A DNA stretch of 64,000 nt. Source: Planctomycetota bacterium. Lineage in GTDB: Bacteria > Planctomycetota > SZUA-567 > H5-PLA8. Below, piece by piece: positions 8,396 to 17,573 of the stretch. Every line of letters begins with the position of its first letter. Position 1 is the stretch's first letter. The translations under genes were made by a program, and so were the position numbers. The stretch covers positions 53,631-117,630 of the forward strand of contig BTVV01000005.1 of assembly GCA_045863855.1 (NCBI GenBank), in the 5' to 3' direction. The notes below the pieces were generated by a model. That model ran no database searches, was not told where the DNA came from, and saw only the letters and a list, made by a program, of their open reading frames with translations.

Positions 8396-10192
8396 ATGCC
8401 GGTCATGCTCGAATGCAGAAGCGTCGCCGATCTGATTCCCCCGTACCTCGAAGGTGCGCTCTCGCGCGACGAGATCTCCGGCGTACAGGGGCACCTGCGC
8501 GAATGCGAGCACTGCCGCCAGCGCGTGCAGCGTTTCCAGCAGGTCCAGCACCTCGCCCAGAGCGTGATCGGTCCGAGCGTTTTGAGCCCCGACTTTCACA
8601 TCACCACCGGCAAGCGCATCGAAGCGGTGACGGCATCGGCGGATCCCATTGCGGTCGCGTTCGACGACCTCGAGCCGGCGCCGCAGGGCTTCATGACGAC
8701 CGTATCGCGCGGGCTGAGCGTCGCACCGTGGTGGGCGATCAGCGGCGCGTTTCATGCTCTGCTGCTCCTGTTGCTGACGCTGGTAGGTATGGCCGTATAC
8801 AAAACCCAGGATCAGACGGTGATCGTGACCGACCTGGCCAAACAGAGCGAGCCCGAGGACCGGATCGAGCCCGTCAAGCGCGACATCTTCAAGAAGCCCG
8901 TCACCATGGATGCCACGATGGAAGTGACGGAGCAAGTGCTGGTGCAGCACGAGGAAGTCGAGATCGCCGACCACGTCGAGACCGACCAGCAGATGGACAT
9001 GAACACGGCGCAAGGCGAAGAGAACGCCATCGCCGACGTCCCGTTGGGCGGGCCGGGCGCGTTCGCCGGACTGGGCTTGGGCGGCGGCGGAGGCGGCGCG
9101 TTCGGCCACCGTGTGGGCGGCGGACGCCGGCGCGCGGCGCTCAAGAACGGCGGCAGCCTCAAAACCGAATCGGCCGTCGACGCGGGCTTGGCGTACCTCG
9201 CCCGCGTGCAGGAAGCAGACGGGCACTGGGACGTCAAGAAGCACGAAGCGACCGATGCCAAGCACGGCGGCTTCGAAGAAGCCGACGTCGCCGTCACGGG
9301 CCTGGCGCTGCTGGCGTTCCTCGGTGCGGGACATACCGAGAAGGTGGGCAAGTACAAGGACAACGTCAAGCGGGCCGTGGATTGGCTGGTGAGCATTCAG
9401 AAGGAGAACGGCGCGCTGGGCCCCACCGGGTACGCACACTCGATAGCCGGTATGGCCCTGAGCGAAGCGGCGGGCATGGGGCGCATCGAACGGACCAAGG
9501 AAGCCGCACAGAAGGCCGTGGACTTGGACAACGGCAAAGGGACCAAGTTCGCGGACATCTCCGAGCGCGGCGGCTGGGGCTACGGCTATACGCAGATGGG
9601 CGATGTGCGCGGCGACCTCAGCAACAGCGGCTGGCACATCATGTTCCTCAAGAGCGCCAAAGTCGCCGGCCTCAAGGTGGATCAGGCCTGCCTGGACGGC
9701 GTGCACCGCTATCTCGATGCCGTTGAACGCGGGAAGAAAGAAGGCGATCCGTACAGCGGTAATCTGTATGTTTATTCTAATGGCATGGGCGACGAAGGCA
9801 TCAGCCCGCGGCGCACGGCCATGGGCTGCCTGGGCCGGCTCTTCTTCGGCTCCAAGCCCGAAGATCTGGAAAACGGGATTCAGTACATCATGGAGTCCGA
9901 AAAGGCGGGCTACGGATTGCCCAAGCGCCACAAGTGGAACAATCACGTTGAGATGTATTACGTCTACTACGGCACGCTGGTGATCTTCCAGGCTGGTGGC
10001 GAACGCTGGAAGCAATGGAACGAGGCGCTCCAGGAAGCTCTGCTGCCGCACCAAGTCAAGGACGGCGGCCCCAAGGACGGAAGCTGGGATCCGAACGCCG
10101 GCTACGCGAAGCTTTGGGGCCGCGTCGGCGAAACCGCCTTCTCGGTGCTGTGCCTGGAAGTCTTCTACCGCTACCTGCCGATGTACCGCTGA
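8396..10192 (+). CDS. Zinc-finger (zf-HC2) anti-sigma domain + TM + prenyltransferase/squalene-cyclase-repeat domain
   Basis: C..HLRECEHC ZAS motif; TM PWWAISGAFHALLLLLL; QEADGHW, QKENG, GGWGY, DGSWDP repeats; ends LEVFYRYLPMYR. Confidence 0.85.
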   Translation: MPVMLECRSVADLIPPYLEGALSRDEISGVQGHLRECEHCRQRVQRFQQVQHLAQSVIGPSVLSPDFHITTGKRIEAVTASADPIAVAFDDLEPAPQGFMTTVSRGLSVAPWWAISGAFHALLLLLLTLVGMAVYKTQDQTVIVTDLAKQSEPEDRIEPVKRDIFKKPVTMDATMEVTEQVLVQHEEVEIADHVETDQQMDMNTAQGEENAIADVPLGGPGAFAGLGLGGGGGGAFGHRVGGGRRRAALKNGGSLKTESAVDAGLAYLARVQEADGHWDVKKHEATDAKHGGFEEADVAVTGLALLAFLGAGHTEKVGKYKDNVKRAVDWLVSIQKENGALGPTGYAHSIAGMALSEAAGMGRIERTKEAAQKAVDLDNGKGTKFADISERGGWGYGYTQMGDVRGDLSNSGWHIMFLKSAKVAGLKVDQACLDGVHRYLDAVERGKKEGDPYSGNLYVYSNGMGDEGISPRRTAMGCLGRLFFGSKPEDLENGIQYIMESEKAGYGLPKRHKWNNHVEMYYVYYGTLVIFQAGGERWKQWNEALQEALLPHQVKDGGPKDGSWDPNAGYAKLWGRVGETAFSVLCLEVFYRYLPMYR

Positions 10193-10230
10193 ACCGGGCT
10201 CCGGCCGCGATCCCTCGCCGGCCGGCGCGT

Positions 10231-10269
10231 GACGGCGCGAGTTCCAAGCGAACTCGCGCCGTCTTCGTT
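10231..10269 (+). terminator. Probable intrinsic terminator after the ECF operon
   Basis: Perfect 14-bp stem GACGGCGCGAGTTC/GAACTCGCGCCGTC with 5-nt loop, followed by TTCGTT. Confidence 0.6.
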
Positions 10270-10343
10270 AATAGCCTTTCGCACTTGTCCTCCCTGCGTC
10301 TCGCGGCAGCATGAATCCTTCCATACACAGCGAGGAAGACGGC

Positions 10344-11498
10344 ATGACCCGGCGCGGCGAAGTGCGCGTGGCGATGATCGGCACGCGATTCATGGGCAAA
10401 GCGCACTCGAACGCCTGGACGCAGGTGGCGCATTTCCACGGCCGGCCGCTCAAGCCGGTCTTGCAGGTGCTCTGCGGGCGGGACCGCGCGCACGCCGAGA
10501 CGCTGGCCGAACGCTGGGGCTGGAAGCACGTCGAGACCGATTGGCGCCGCGTCCTCGAACGCGACGACGTGGACGTGGTGGACATCTGCACCCCGAACAA
10601 TCTGCACGCCGAACCGGCCATCGCGGCTCTGAAGGCCGGCAAGCACGTGCTCTGCGAAAAGCCGCTGGCCCGCAACGTAAAGGAGTGCTTGCCGATGCTG
10701 CGTGCGGCGGCAGCGGCGCAAGGGCAGCTCAATTTTGTCTGCTTCAATTACCGCCGCGTCCCGGCGCTGGCGCTGGCGCGCAAGCTGGTGCTCGAAGAAC
10801 GCCTGGGGCGCATTTTCCACGTCCGCTGCGTCTACCTCAACAGCGGCGCGATGAATCCTGACGCGCCCCTGCGCTGGCGTATGCGGGCCGATGTGGCCGG
10901 CAGCGGGCCCAACGGCGACCTGAACGCGCACATCGTCGACGCCGCGCGCTTCGTCACCGGTCTGGAAATCGCCGAAGTCGCCGCCGGGGCGGAGACGTTC
11001 ATCAAAGAACGCCCGCTCGCGGGGCAGCCCGGCCGCAAGGGCAAGGTCACCGTCGAGGACGCGATCCTGATGCTGGCGCGCTTTTCCAACGGCGCAATGG
11101 GCAGCTTCGAGGCCTCGCGCTTCGGGCGCGGCTGGCGCAACAAGAATGCCATCGAGATCAACGGCGAGAAGGGAGCGCTGCGCTTCGAGTTCGAGGACAT
11201 GAACCGGCTGAAGTATTTCGACGCCACCGCGCCGAGCCGATTACAAGGATGGACGGATATTCTCGTCACCGAGCCGGATCATCCGTATGCGGGCGCCTAT
11301 TGGCCGCCGGGGCACGTGATCGGGTACGAGCATACGTTCATCAATATCTGCGCGGACGTGTTGGAAGCGTTGGGCAAGGGACCGCGCGCGATCGCGGCGC
11401 TGCAGCCGAACTTCGCCGACGCGTGCCAAGTCCAGCGCGTGCTCGACGCGGCGCTCAAGGCCGCGCGCTCCCGCCGCTGGGAACGGACGGGCTGCTGA
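10344..11498 (+). CDS. Gfo/Idh/MocA family oxidoreductase
   Basis: MIGTRFMGKAH, DICTPNNLH, GKHVLCEKP, FNYRR, DLNAHIVD; alternative start 10311. Confidence 0.92.
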   Translation: MTRRGEVRVAMIGTRFMGKAHSNAWTQVAHFHGRPLKPVLQVLCGRDRAHAETLAERWGWKHVETDWRRVLERDDVDVVDICTPNNLHAEPAIAALKAGKHVLCEKPLARNVKECLPMLRAAAAAQGQLNFVCFNYRRVPALALARKLVLEERLGRIFHVRCVYLNSGAMNPDAPLRWRMRADVAGSGPNGDLNAHIVDAARFVTGLEIAEVAAGAETFIKERPLAGQPGRKGKVTVEDAILMLARFSNGAMGSFEASRFGRGWRNKNAIEINGEKGALRFEFEDMNRLKYFDATAPSRLQGWTDILVTEPDHPYAGAYWPPGHVIGYEHTFINICADVLEALGKGPRAIAALQPNFADACQVQRVLDAALKAARSRRWERTGC

Positions 11499-11502
11499 AC
11501 GC

Positions 11503-12606
11503 TCAAGCCAACGCCAGCTTGCCGATCGGCGCTTCCAGCCCGTTGGCCATCTGCCAGAAGCCCAGATCGGTGGGATGCGAAAGATCCACCGTGCCCTCGG
11601 CGCCGCTGGGGCCGAGCAGATCCGAGCCGTCCTGGAAGTGCAGGTGCCGATCGCCTTGGGCGGCGCGCGCGCGCACGACTTCGGCCTGATAGTCCAGCGT
11701 GGCCTGCCGGTTGGCCCGCGCCTTGGCGTCGTAGACTTCGCGCCCGTTGGGAATGCGCGAAATCACCAGAATCGGCAGCTTCGGCGCGTGCGCGCGCAGG
11801 ATGCCGATGAACGGATCCAGCGTGGCCTTGAGCCCCTCGAGATTCGAGTTCGCTTCGTAGTCGAGCACGTACAGCCGGGGCCGCTCGATCTGCGTGATCA
11901 GGCGCGCCAGTTCGGGCTCGCCGCGCCCGTTCCCGCTGAAGCCGAGGTTCACGAATTCGAGGTTCAGCCGGCGGCTGAGAATGTTCGTCCAGGCCATGCC
12001 GGGCCGGCACGCGCAGCCGCCCTGCGTGATCGAGGTGCCGTAGACGACCACCTTGCCCTCGCGCGCCCAGGCCGGCGGCGGCGCGAGCGTCGCGTCCGGA
12101 TCGAGGCCCACACGCAGCTCTTCCACGCCCTGATACAGCGGAAAGTACAACGTGAACGCGCGCTCCTGGCGGTCGGGCAGCGCGAGCAGCTCCAGCTCGT
12201 AGCGATCTTCGCGGATTGGGTACTTCGTGGTGTTTCCGTACACGGGTCCGGAAGCCGAACTGAAGTAGGCGTCGAAGCCGCACTGTCCGGTGGCGGGCAT
12301 GTGCACCATCCCGGCCGGCGCGCGGAGCTTCACGCGCACCGCCACGCGGCGGCTATCGGTGCGGAAGCGCACCTGCCCGCCGGCGGTGCACCACGCCAGG
12401 TTGTCCACCGGCTCGCGAATCGGTTCCGGCGGTTTGACCGGGAGGCGGCGGTAGATGCGGTCTTGGCCGAACCAGGGGAATCCGGTCAATTCGAACGGCG
12501 CTTCATGCGGAACGTGCCACACCAGTTCCGCGGCGGCTTGAGGCCCGGCGGCCATCGCCTTGTCGTGCTTCTCGACCTCGATGCGCTTGGGTTCCGGAGC
12601 GGACAT
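11503..12606 (-). CDS. SGNH/GDSL hydrolase family protein
   Basis: YGTSITQG, NLGFSGNG, DYEAN, DLSHP blocks; ATG at 12606. Confidence 0.88.
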   Translation of the reverse strand: MSAPEPKRIEVEKHDKAMAAGPQAAAELVWHVPHEAPFELTGFPWFGQDRIYRRLPVKPPEPIREPVDNLAWCTAGGQVRFRTDSRRVAVRVKLRAPAGMVHMPATGQCGFDAYFSSASGPVYGNTTKYPIREDRYELELLALPDRQERAFTLYFPLYQGVEELRVGLDPDATLAPPPAWAREGKVVVYGTSITQGGCACRPGMAWTNILSRRLNLEFVNLGFSGNGRGEPELARLITQIERPRLYVLDYEANSNLEGLKATLDPFIGILRAHAPKLPILVISRIPNGREVYDAKARANRQATLDYQAEVVRARAAQGDRHLHFQDGSDLLGPSGAEGTVDLSHPTDLGFWQMANGLEAPIGKLALA

Positions 12607-12632
12607 GGCGTGCCCTTTCGGTTGGCGGCGGC

Positions 12633-14282
12633 TTACTCGGCTTCGCGCTTGCCCGGATCGCGCAGCGGCATGGCGGCCGGCGCGCAGGCGCTCCCAGCCT
12701 CCGCGCGCGCCGGCTCCGTGAACGGTCCCGCTTCGCCCGCGCGCGATCCCACGGCCACGAAGCGTACCATGTTCATCGCCGCGCGCAGGGGATTCGTCTG
12801 CGCGAACATGCGGATCAGGTGCCCCGGCGGCGTCTCCGTTTCGGCCGCCGGCAAGCCCAGCGCCACGCCGGCCGCCGCGAAGCGCAGCACCATCACCAGC
12901 GCGAAGAGACTCAAGAATACCGGCGGGCTGTCGAGACCCGGAGCGCCCGTCCAGTCCATCAGCCACGGGCGCAGGTAATCGTCGGTCAGCCAGTAGGCCA
13001 GGAAGCCGGGCAGACCCAGAAGCGTCGTGAAGGCCGCGATGCCCACCGACCGGCCACGCCCTTTCTGGGTTGTGTACGCGATCACCATCGGCCACATGAA
13101 CAAGAAGACCCCGCAAAAGCCGAGGCTGCCTTGCACGAAGCCCAGCGTGACGAGCCCGAAATCGCCGGGCCCGGTGAAGAAGTAGTAAATCGGGCACAGC
13201 GCATGAACCAGCAGGCAGACGATCAACGGCCCACGGTGGCCGTGGTGGTCGGCCATGCGACCCCAGAGCAGGCTGAAGATGGCATAAGTGATCAGCGCCA
13301 GCAGTTCGCAGATCGAGAAATCGAAGATCCCCATCTCCACATGCAACCGCGCAAAGCGGAAGACGGCCGCGCCCATCACGCAGTTGGAGAGGTTCCAGAG
13401 CGCGTAGACGCCGATCAGAAGGCGCAAGTTAGGCGAGCGCAGGCTTGCCACAAGATCCTTGAACATGTTGCTGTTGCTCGGCGCGCGCACCGGAGCGCGG
13501 TGGACCACGCCCAGGAACAGCAGCGCATCGGCCACGCCCACCACCACCGCGAACGCGAAGACGATGAAGTAGCCCTGCGGATGATGGTGCGTATCGAGAA
13601 ACCAGCCGAACCCGAAGCGCGACAACGCGCTGGCCGCCGAAGTGCCCACCTGCCGCAAGCCCCAATACCGCCCGGCCCACTCCGGCGGGATCAAATCGCC
13701 CATCCAAGACATCCAGGCGTTCGCGCCCATGCTGTGCGTGATGACAAACAGAAGCACCAGCGCCGCCAGGGGCCATTGAAGTTCGGCGCCCTTCCAATCC
13801 GGCCAAAGCAGCGGAATCGCCCCGATTACCAGCCAGACCAGCCGGCTGGCTCCGATCCCCCACAAAAACAAGCCGCGTCGAAAAGCGAAGCGTTCTTGAA
13901 TCCACGCCCCCGTCAAAGCGCCGATTCCAGCCAGGCAACTCAGCCCCATGAAAAAACCGAGCTTGTCCAGCAGGCCCAAGTCTTCGAGCAGGAAGTTGAA
14001 GACCGTGCCCTGTACGGCCACGAAAAAGATCGAGCCCAACATGCTCGCCACGCCGGAGAACCACATACTTCGCAGTAACGCCCGTTCGGTGATGACCGCA
14101 TGGAACCCTTGAGAGGTTGAAGTAGGAACAGGCAAACGCTGAGTGCCCTGCGACTCGCTGGGAGCGTCGGAGCACTCGTGCAAACCAGCCGGTACGGAAA
14201 CTGGCATTGCGGAACCGGAGGCTTGACCCACGCCCTCAGGTTTGTTGCAACCTGTGTTTAGTTCATGCTTTAAGTTAGACAT
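12633..14282 (-). CDS. MFS transporter
   Basis: About 12 hydrophobic segments; WMSWMGDLIP..GRYWG and WGRMADHHG loops; true start may be downstream (e.g. 14207). Confidence 0.82.
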   Translation of the reverse strand: MSNLKHELNTGCNKPEGVGQASGSAMPVSVPAGLHECSDAPSESQGTQRLPVPTSTSQGFHAVITERALLRSMWFSGVASMLGSIFFVAVQGTVFNFLLEDLGLLDKLGFFMGLSCLAGIGALTGAWIQERFAFRRGLFLWGIGASRLVWLVIGAIPLLWPDWKGAELQWPLAALVLLFVITHSMGANAWMSWMGDLIPPEWAGRYWGLRQVGTSAASALSRFGFGWFLDTHHHPQGYFIVFAFAVVVGVADALLFLGVVHRAPVRAPSNSNMFKDLVASLRSPNLRLLIGVYALWNLSNCVMGAAVFRFARLHVEMGIFDFSICELLALITYAIFSLLWGRMADHHGHRGPLIVCLLVHALCPIYYFFTGPGDFGLVTLGFVQGSLGFCGVFLFMWPMVIAYTTQKGRGRSVGIAAFTTLLGLPGFLAYWLTDDYLRPWLMDWTGAPGLDSPPVFLSLFALVMVLRFAAAGVALGLPAAETETPPGHLIRMFAQTNPLRAAMNMVRFVAVGSRAGEAGPFTEPARAEAGSACAPAAMPLRDPGKREAE

Positions 14283-14481
14283 GAAGTGATCCGAGGAAAA
14301 CCGACCGTGTAGCTTTTCCGACGAAACCCTTGAATTTATGACCAGTGAGTTCCATAATAGAGTACTACTTGATTGGGGAAGTCAAGGTTTGAGCGCTTGG
14401 ATATAGTTGAAATACCAAGCGCAGCCTTGAACTTGCACGTCGCAAGTAACCTCAAATCGGTAAGTTTTAGGGTCATGATCG

Positions 14482-15870
14482 ATGCGCGCGTCAAAAATCA
14501 TGGGACCGTTGGTCGGCGCCACGTTCGGTGGCTTCGGCTTGGCGGTGCTGATCGGGTTTGTGGCGAAGATGGACGTGCTGGTGACGGCGCCGGGCGAGGT
14601 GCGCCCACGGCGCTACGCCGAACTTCGGCCTATCGTCGAGGGGCGCGTGATCGAGCTGTACAAGGGCGAAGGCGATTGGGTCAAGGCCGGCGAGCCGATT
14701 CTTAAGATCGATTCCAGCAAGGACGAGTACGCGAGGCAGAAGCTCAGGTCGCAGCTCAATGAGCTGGAATCCAAACTGGCCGACTGCGAACGCGTGCGCA
14801 AGGAACTGCTGGCGAAGCTGGAGTTGGCGCGCGTCTCGGTGAAGGAGGCCGAGGCCGACATTCTTTCGCGCCGGGCCAAGGTGGCGGAATGCGAACAGGC
14901 GTTGAAGCAGGCCAAGGCGGCGCCGGAGGCACTGGAGATCCTGATCTGCAAGGAGAAGCTTAAGCAGAAGGAGATCGCCGAGCGCGACGCGAAGAAGTAC
15001 CTGGAAGGCTGCCGCGAGCTGCTTGAGAAGGGCGTGCTTTCCGAACACAACTACAACAAAGCTTCGTCCGAATACGAGACTTCGCGCAGCGCGTCGGAAG
15101 TCGCGCGGAACGAACTGGATTTGCTGGCCAAGCAGCGCAACGTCTCGGAATCGGAAGTGACGGTGGCGTTCGAGAAAGCGCAGGCGCAGCTCGAATCGGC
15201 GCAGGCCGAATTGGCCGCCGCGCAGGCGCGCTCGGAGAAGCGCTTGCATGAAGTAGCGCTCGCCGAACTGGCGCTGGAAGACAAGCGCGAGGCCGAGCAC
15301 CTCAAGTCGGAAATCGAGAAGCTCCAGCTCGAGGACCGCAACTTGGTCCAAACTATTTCCGAAAAGGTGATGTGCGCGCCGATCGCGGGGCTGATCCACG
15401 ACTTTCACGTGAAGATCGGGCAGACTGTCACGCACAAGGAACTGGCCGGATGGGTGTACGACACCACCGGGTTCCTTTTCTACGCCTACGCCAAGCAGGT
15501 GGACATGCCGGATCTGGCCAAGGACGAGCCGGCGCTCTTGTACCTCGACGCGCTCCCATACCGCAAAGAAGGCACCTTTGAGGCCACGGTGGTGGAAGTC
15601 GGCCAGGTGGCGCAGCCGCCCAGCGCCGAGTACGGCCCGTATTCGGGCTCGCTGAAGATTCTGGAAAGCGATCCAACGCCGCGCACGCTGGTGATCCTTG
15701 AGGTGAAGCAGGGCGATCCGCGCGTCGAGAAACTGCGCGTGGGCTTCCCGGGCTACGCGGAGATCGTGGTGGGCCGGGCGAGCATCATCGAGATCCTGTT
15801 CGACATGCACGAGACGGGCGGCCGCGCCAAGCGCCCCGCGCCGCAGGAAGCCGCCCAAGCCGCGCCCTGA
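14482..15870 (+). CDS. HlyD-family periplasmic adaptor (membrane fusion protein)
   Basis: N-terminal TM, lipoyl half GRVIELYKGEGDWVKAGEPILKID, long coiled coil, APIAG, C-terminal beta-barrel. Confidence 0.88.
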   Translation: MRASKIMGPLVGATFGGFGLAVLIGFVAKMDVLVTAPGEVRPRRYAELRPIVEGRVIELYKGEGDWVKAGEPILKIDSSKDEYARQKLRSQLNELESKLADCERVRKELLAKLELARVSVKEAEADILSRRAKVAECEQALKQAKAAPEALEILICKEKLKQKEIAERDAKKYLEGCRELLEKGVLSEHNYNKASSEYETSRSASEVARNELDLLAKQRNVSESEVTVAFEKAQAQLESAQAELAAAQARSEKRLHEVALAELALEDKREAEHLKSEIEKLQLEDRNLVQTISEKVMCAPIAGLIHDFHVKIGQTVTHKELAGWVYDTTGFLFYAYAKQVDMPDLAKDEPALLYLDALPYRKEGTFEATVVEVGQVAQPPSAEYGPYSGSLKILESDPTPRTLVILEVKQGDPRVEKLRVGFPGYAEIVVGRASIIEILFDMHETGGRAKRPAPQEAAQAAP

Positions 15871-15888
15871 TCCGCGCGCGACACCCGC

Positions 15889-16257
15889 ATGGGCGATATC
15901 CATAAACTCGGCCCTAAGGGCGAAGCGCACGCCGTCCAATTGCTCGAGAAGCGCGGGCACCGCGTGCTCGAGCGCAACTTTGCCTGCCCGCCGGGCGAAC
16001 TCGACCTCGTCACCTGGCATCGCGACACGCTCGTCTTCGTCGAAGTCCGCGCGCGCAGCCTCGACGACCCGGCGCATCCGGCCGAGACGGTCACGCCGGC
16101 CAAGCAGCGCAAGGTGATCCGCGCGGCGCAGTGGTATCTGGCCAAGCGCACGAAAGGCCAAGCCCCGCCGCCGTGCCGCTTCGATGTCGTCTGGCTGCGC
16201 GCGCGCGGCGAGACCATCGTCGAAGCCGGCGTGATCGAAGGCGCGTTCACGCTATAG
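15889..16257 (+). CDS. yraN: YraN family (UPF0102) protein
   Basis: G..GE, RN, GELDLV, LVFVEVR, V...KQ, RFDVV motifs. Confidence 0.9.
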   Translation: MGDIHKLGPKGEAHAVQLLEKRGHRVLERNFACPPGELDLVTWHRDTLVFVEVRARSLDDPAHPAETVTPAKQRKVIRAAQWYLAKRTKGQAPPPCRFDVVWLRARGETIVEAGVIEGAFTL

Positions 16258-16381
16258 CATGCGGGCCGTTCCCTCGATTCCTGCTGGACAATTCGCCGCG
16301 GGTGCCTACTTGTAGGCGCATTGCAATTCGCGCGTTGTCAGCCGCCCGGACTGACAGGATGGGCAATCAAGGAGGGGGCTT

Positions 16382-17332
16382 GTGGCCGTCGATATTCTCT
16401 GCGTCGGAATCGTGGTGGTGGATGCCGTGGGCTTGTACGTCGACGAGTGGCCGCGCGAAGGCAGCCTGCTGCTCTTCGACCGCGTCGAGCAGCACATCGG
16501 CGGCTGCCCGGCGAATACCGCCTTGGGTCTCGCCAAGCTGGGGATCCGCACGGGGCTGGTGGCGAAGGTGGCCGATGACGGGCTGGGCGCGTTCGTGAAG
16601 GAGCAGATGCGCCGGCACGGCGTGGACGTGCGCGGGCTCAAGACCGAGCACGGGCCGACCTCGACTTCGTACTCCTTCATCATGCTTCCGCGCAGCGGCG
16701 ACCGGCGCATCTACCACACGCTGGGCTGCAACGGGACGTTCGCTCCGAAAGACGTGGACACGAAACTCTTCAAGGGCCCGAAGTGGGTGGCCTTCGAGGG
16801 GCTCTCGCTGATGCCGCGGCTTTTTGGGGCGAACCTCGCCAAACTGCTCAAAGCCGCGCGCAAAGCCGGCGCGCGCACCGCGGGCGATACGGCGCTGAAC
16901 AGCAAGCTTGAGGATTGGCGTCCGGTTTTCGCGGGCTGCTGGGAGCACTTCGACGTCTTCTTTCCCAGCGAAGAAGAGGCGCACCGCATCACGGGGCCGC
17001 TGAAGCCGCGCGAAGTCTGCCGCTGGTTCCGCGACCGCGGCGTGAAGATCGCCGGTGTGAAGTTGGGCTCGCGCGGCTGCGCCGTCGAGACCGACGACGG
17101 TTACGAGGAGGTGCCCGCCTACAAGGTGAAGTGCGTGGACACCACCGGCGCGGGCGATGCGTTCATGGCCGGATTCCTGACCGGAATGCTGAAAGGGCTG
17201 CATCCCGTCGAAGCCGCGCGGCTGGGCAGCGCGACCAGCGCACATTGCGTACAAGCCGTCGGCGCGACGACCGGCATCCCCAAGCTGAATCGCGTGCAGG
17301 CGTTCCAGAAGCGTGCGAAGCCGTTGCGGTAG
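16382..17332 (+). CDS. PfkB family carbohydrate kinase
   Basis: GGCPANTALGLAKLG and DTTGAGDAF signatures; RBS aggagg. Confidence 0.93.
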   Translation: MAVDILCVGIVVVDAVGLYVDEWPREGSLLLFDRVEQHIGGCPANTALGLAKLGIRTGLVAKVADDGLGAFVKEQMRRHGVDVRGLKTEHGPTSTSYSFIMLPRSGDRRIYHTLGCNGTFAPKDVDTKLFKGPKWVAFEGLSLMPRLFGANLAKLLKAARKAGARTAGDTALNSKLEDWRPVFAGCWEHFDVFFPSEEEAHRITGPLKPREVCRWFRDRGVKIAGVKLGSRGCAVETDDGYEEVPAYKVKCVDTTGAGDAFMAGFLTGMLKGLHPVEAARLGSATSAHCVQAVGATTGIPKLNRVQAFQKRAKPLR

Positions 17333-17573
17333 CCCAGGCTTCCCGAGGCTTTCGGAAACCGCTCTCACCCGTCCCTTTCCCATAGGGAGAGTGAAAAAGT
17401 TCAACGGATGCTTTAACAGGCCCCCGCGGATGTGAACAGGCCATGCCCGGCGGGGGAAGCGCGCGGGCGTGCGACGTTTGACTCCGGTTCATGCCTATCT
17501 CTGCGTGCTCTGCGCCGCCGTGGCTCACTCGACCGATCTTGGACGCCCGCCGCGCCCGCGCTACGCTACGGAC

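Noticed and set aside
8396..10192. Calling the barrel proteins squalene-hopene cyclases or a terpene cluster
   Set aside because: No DxDD motif, only one barrel, predicted periplasmic location and no isoprenoid genes nearby
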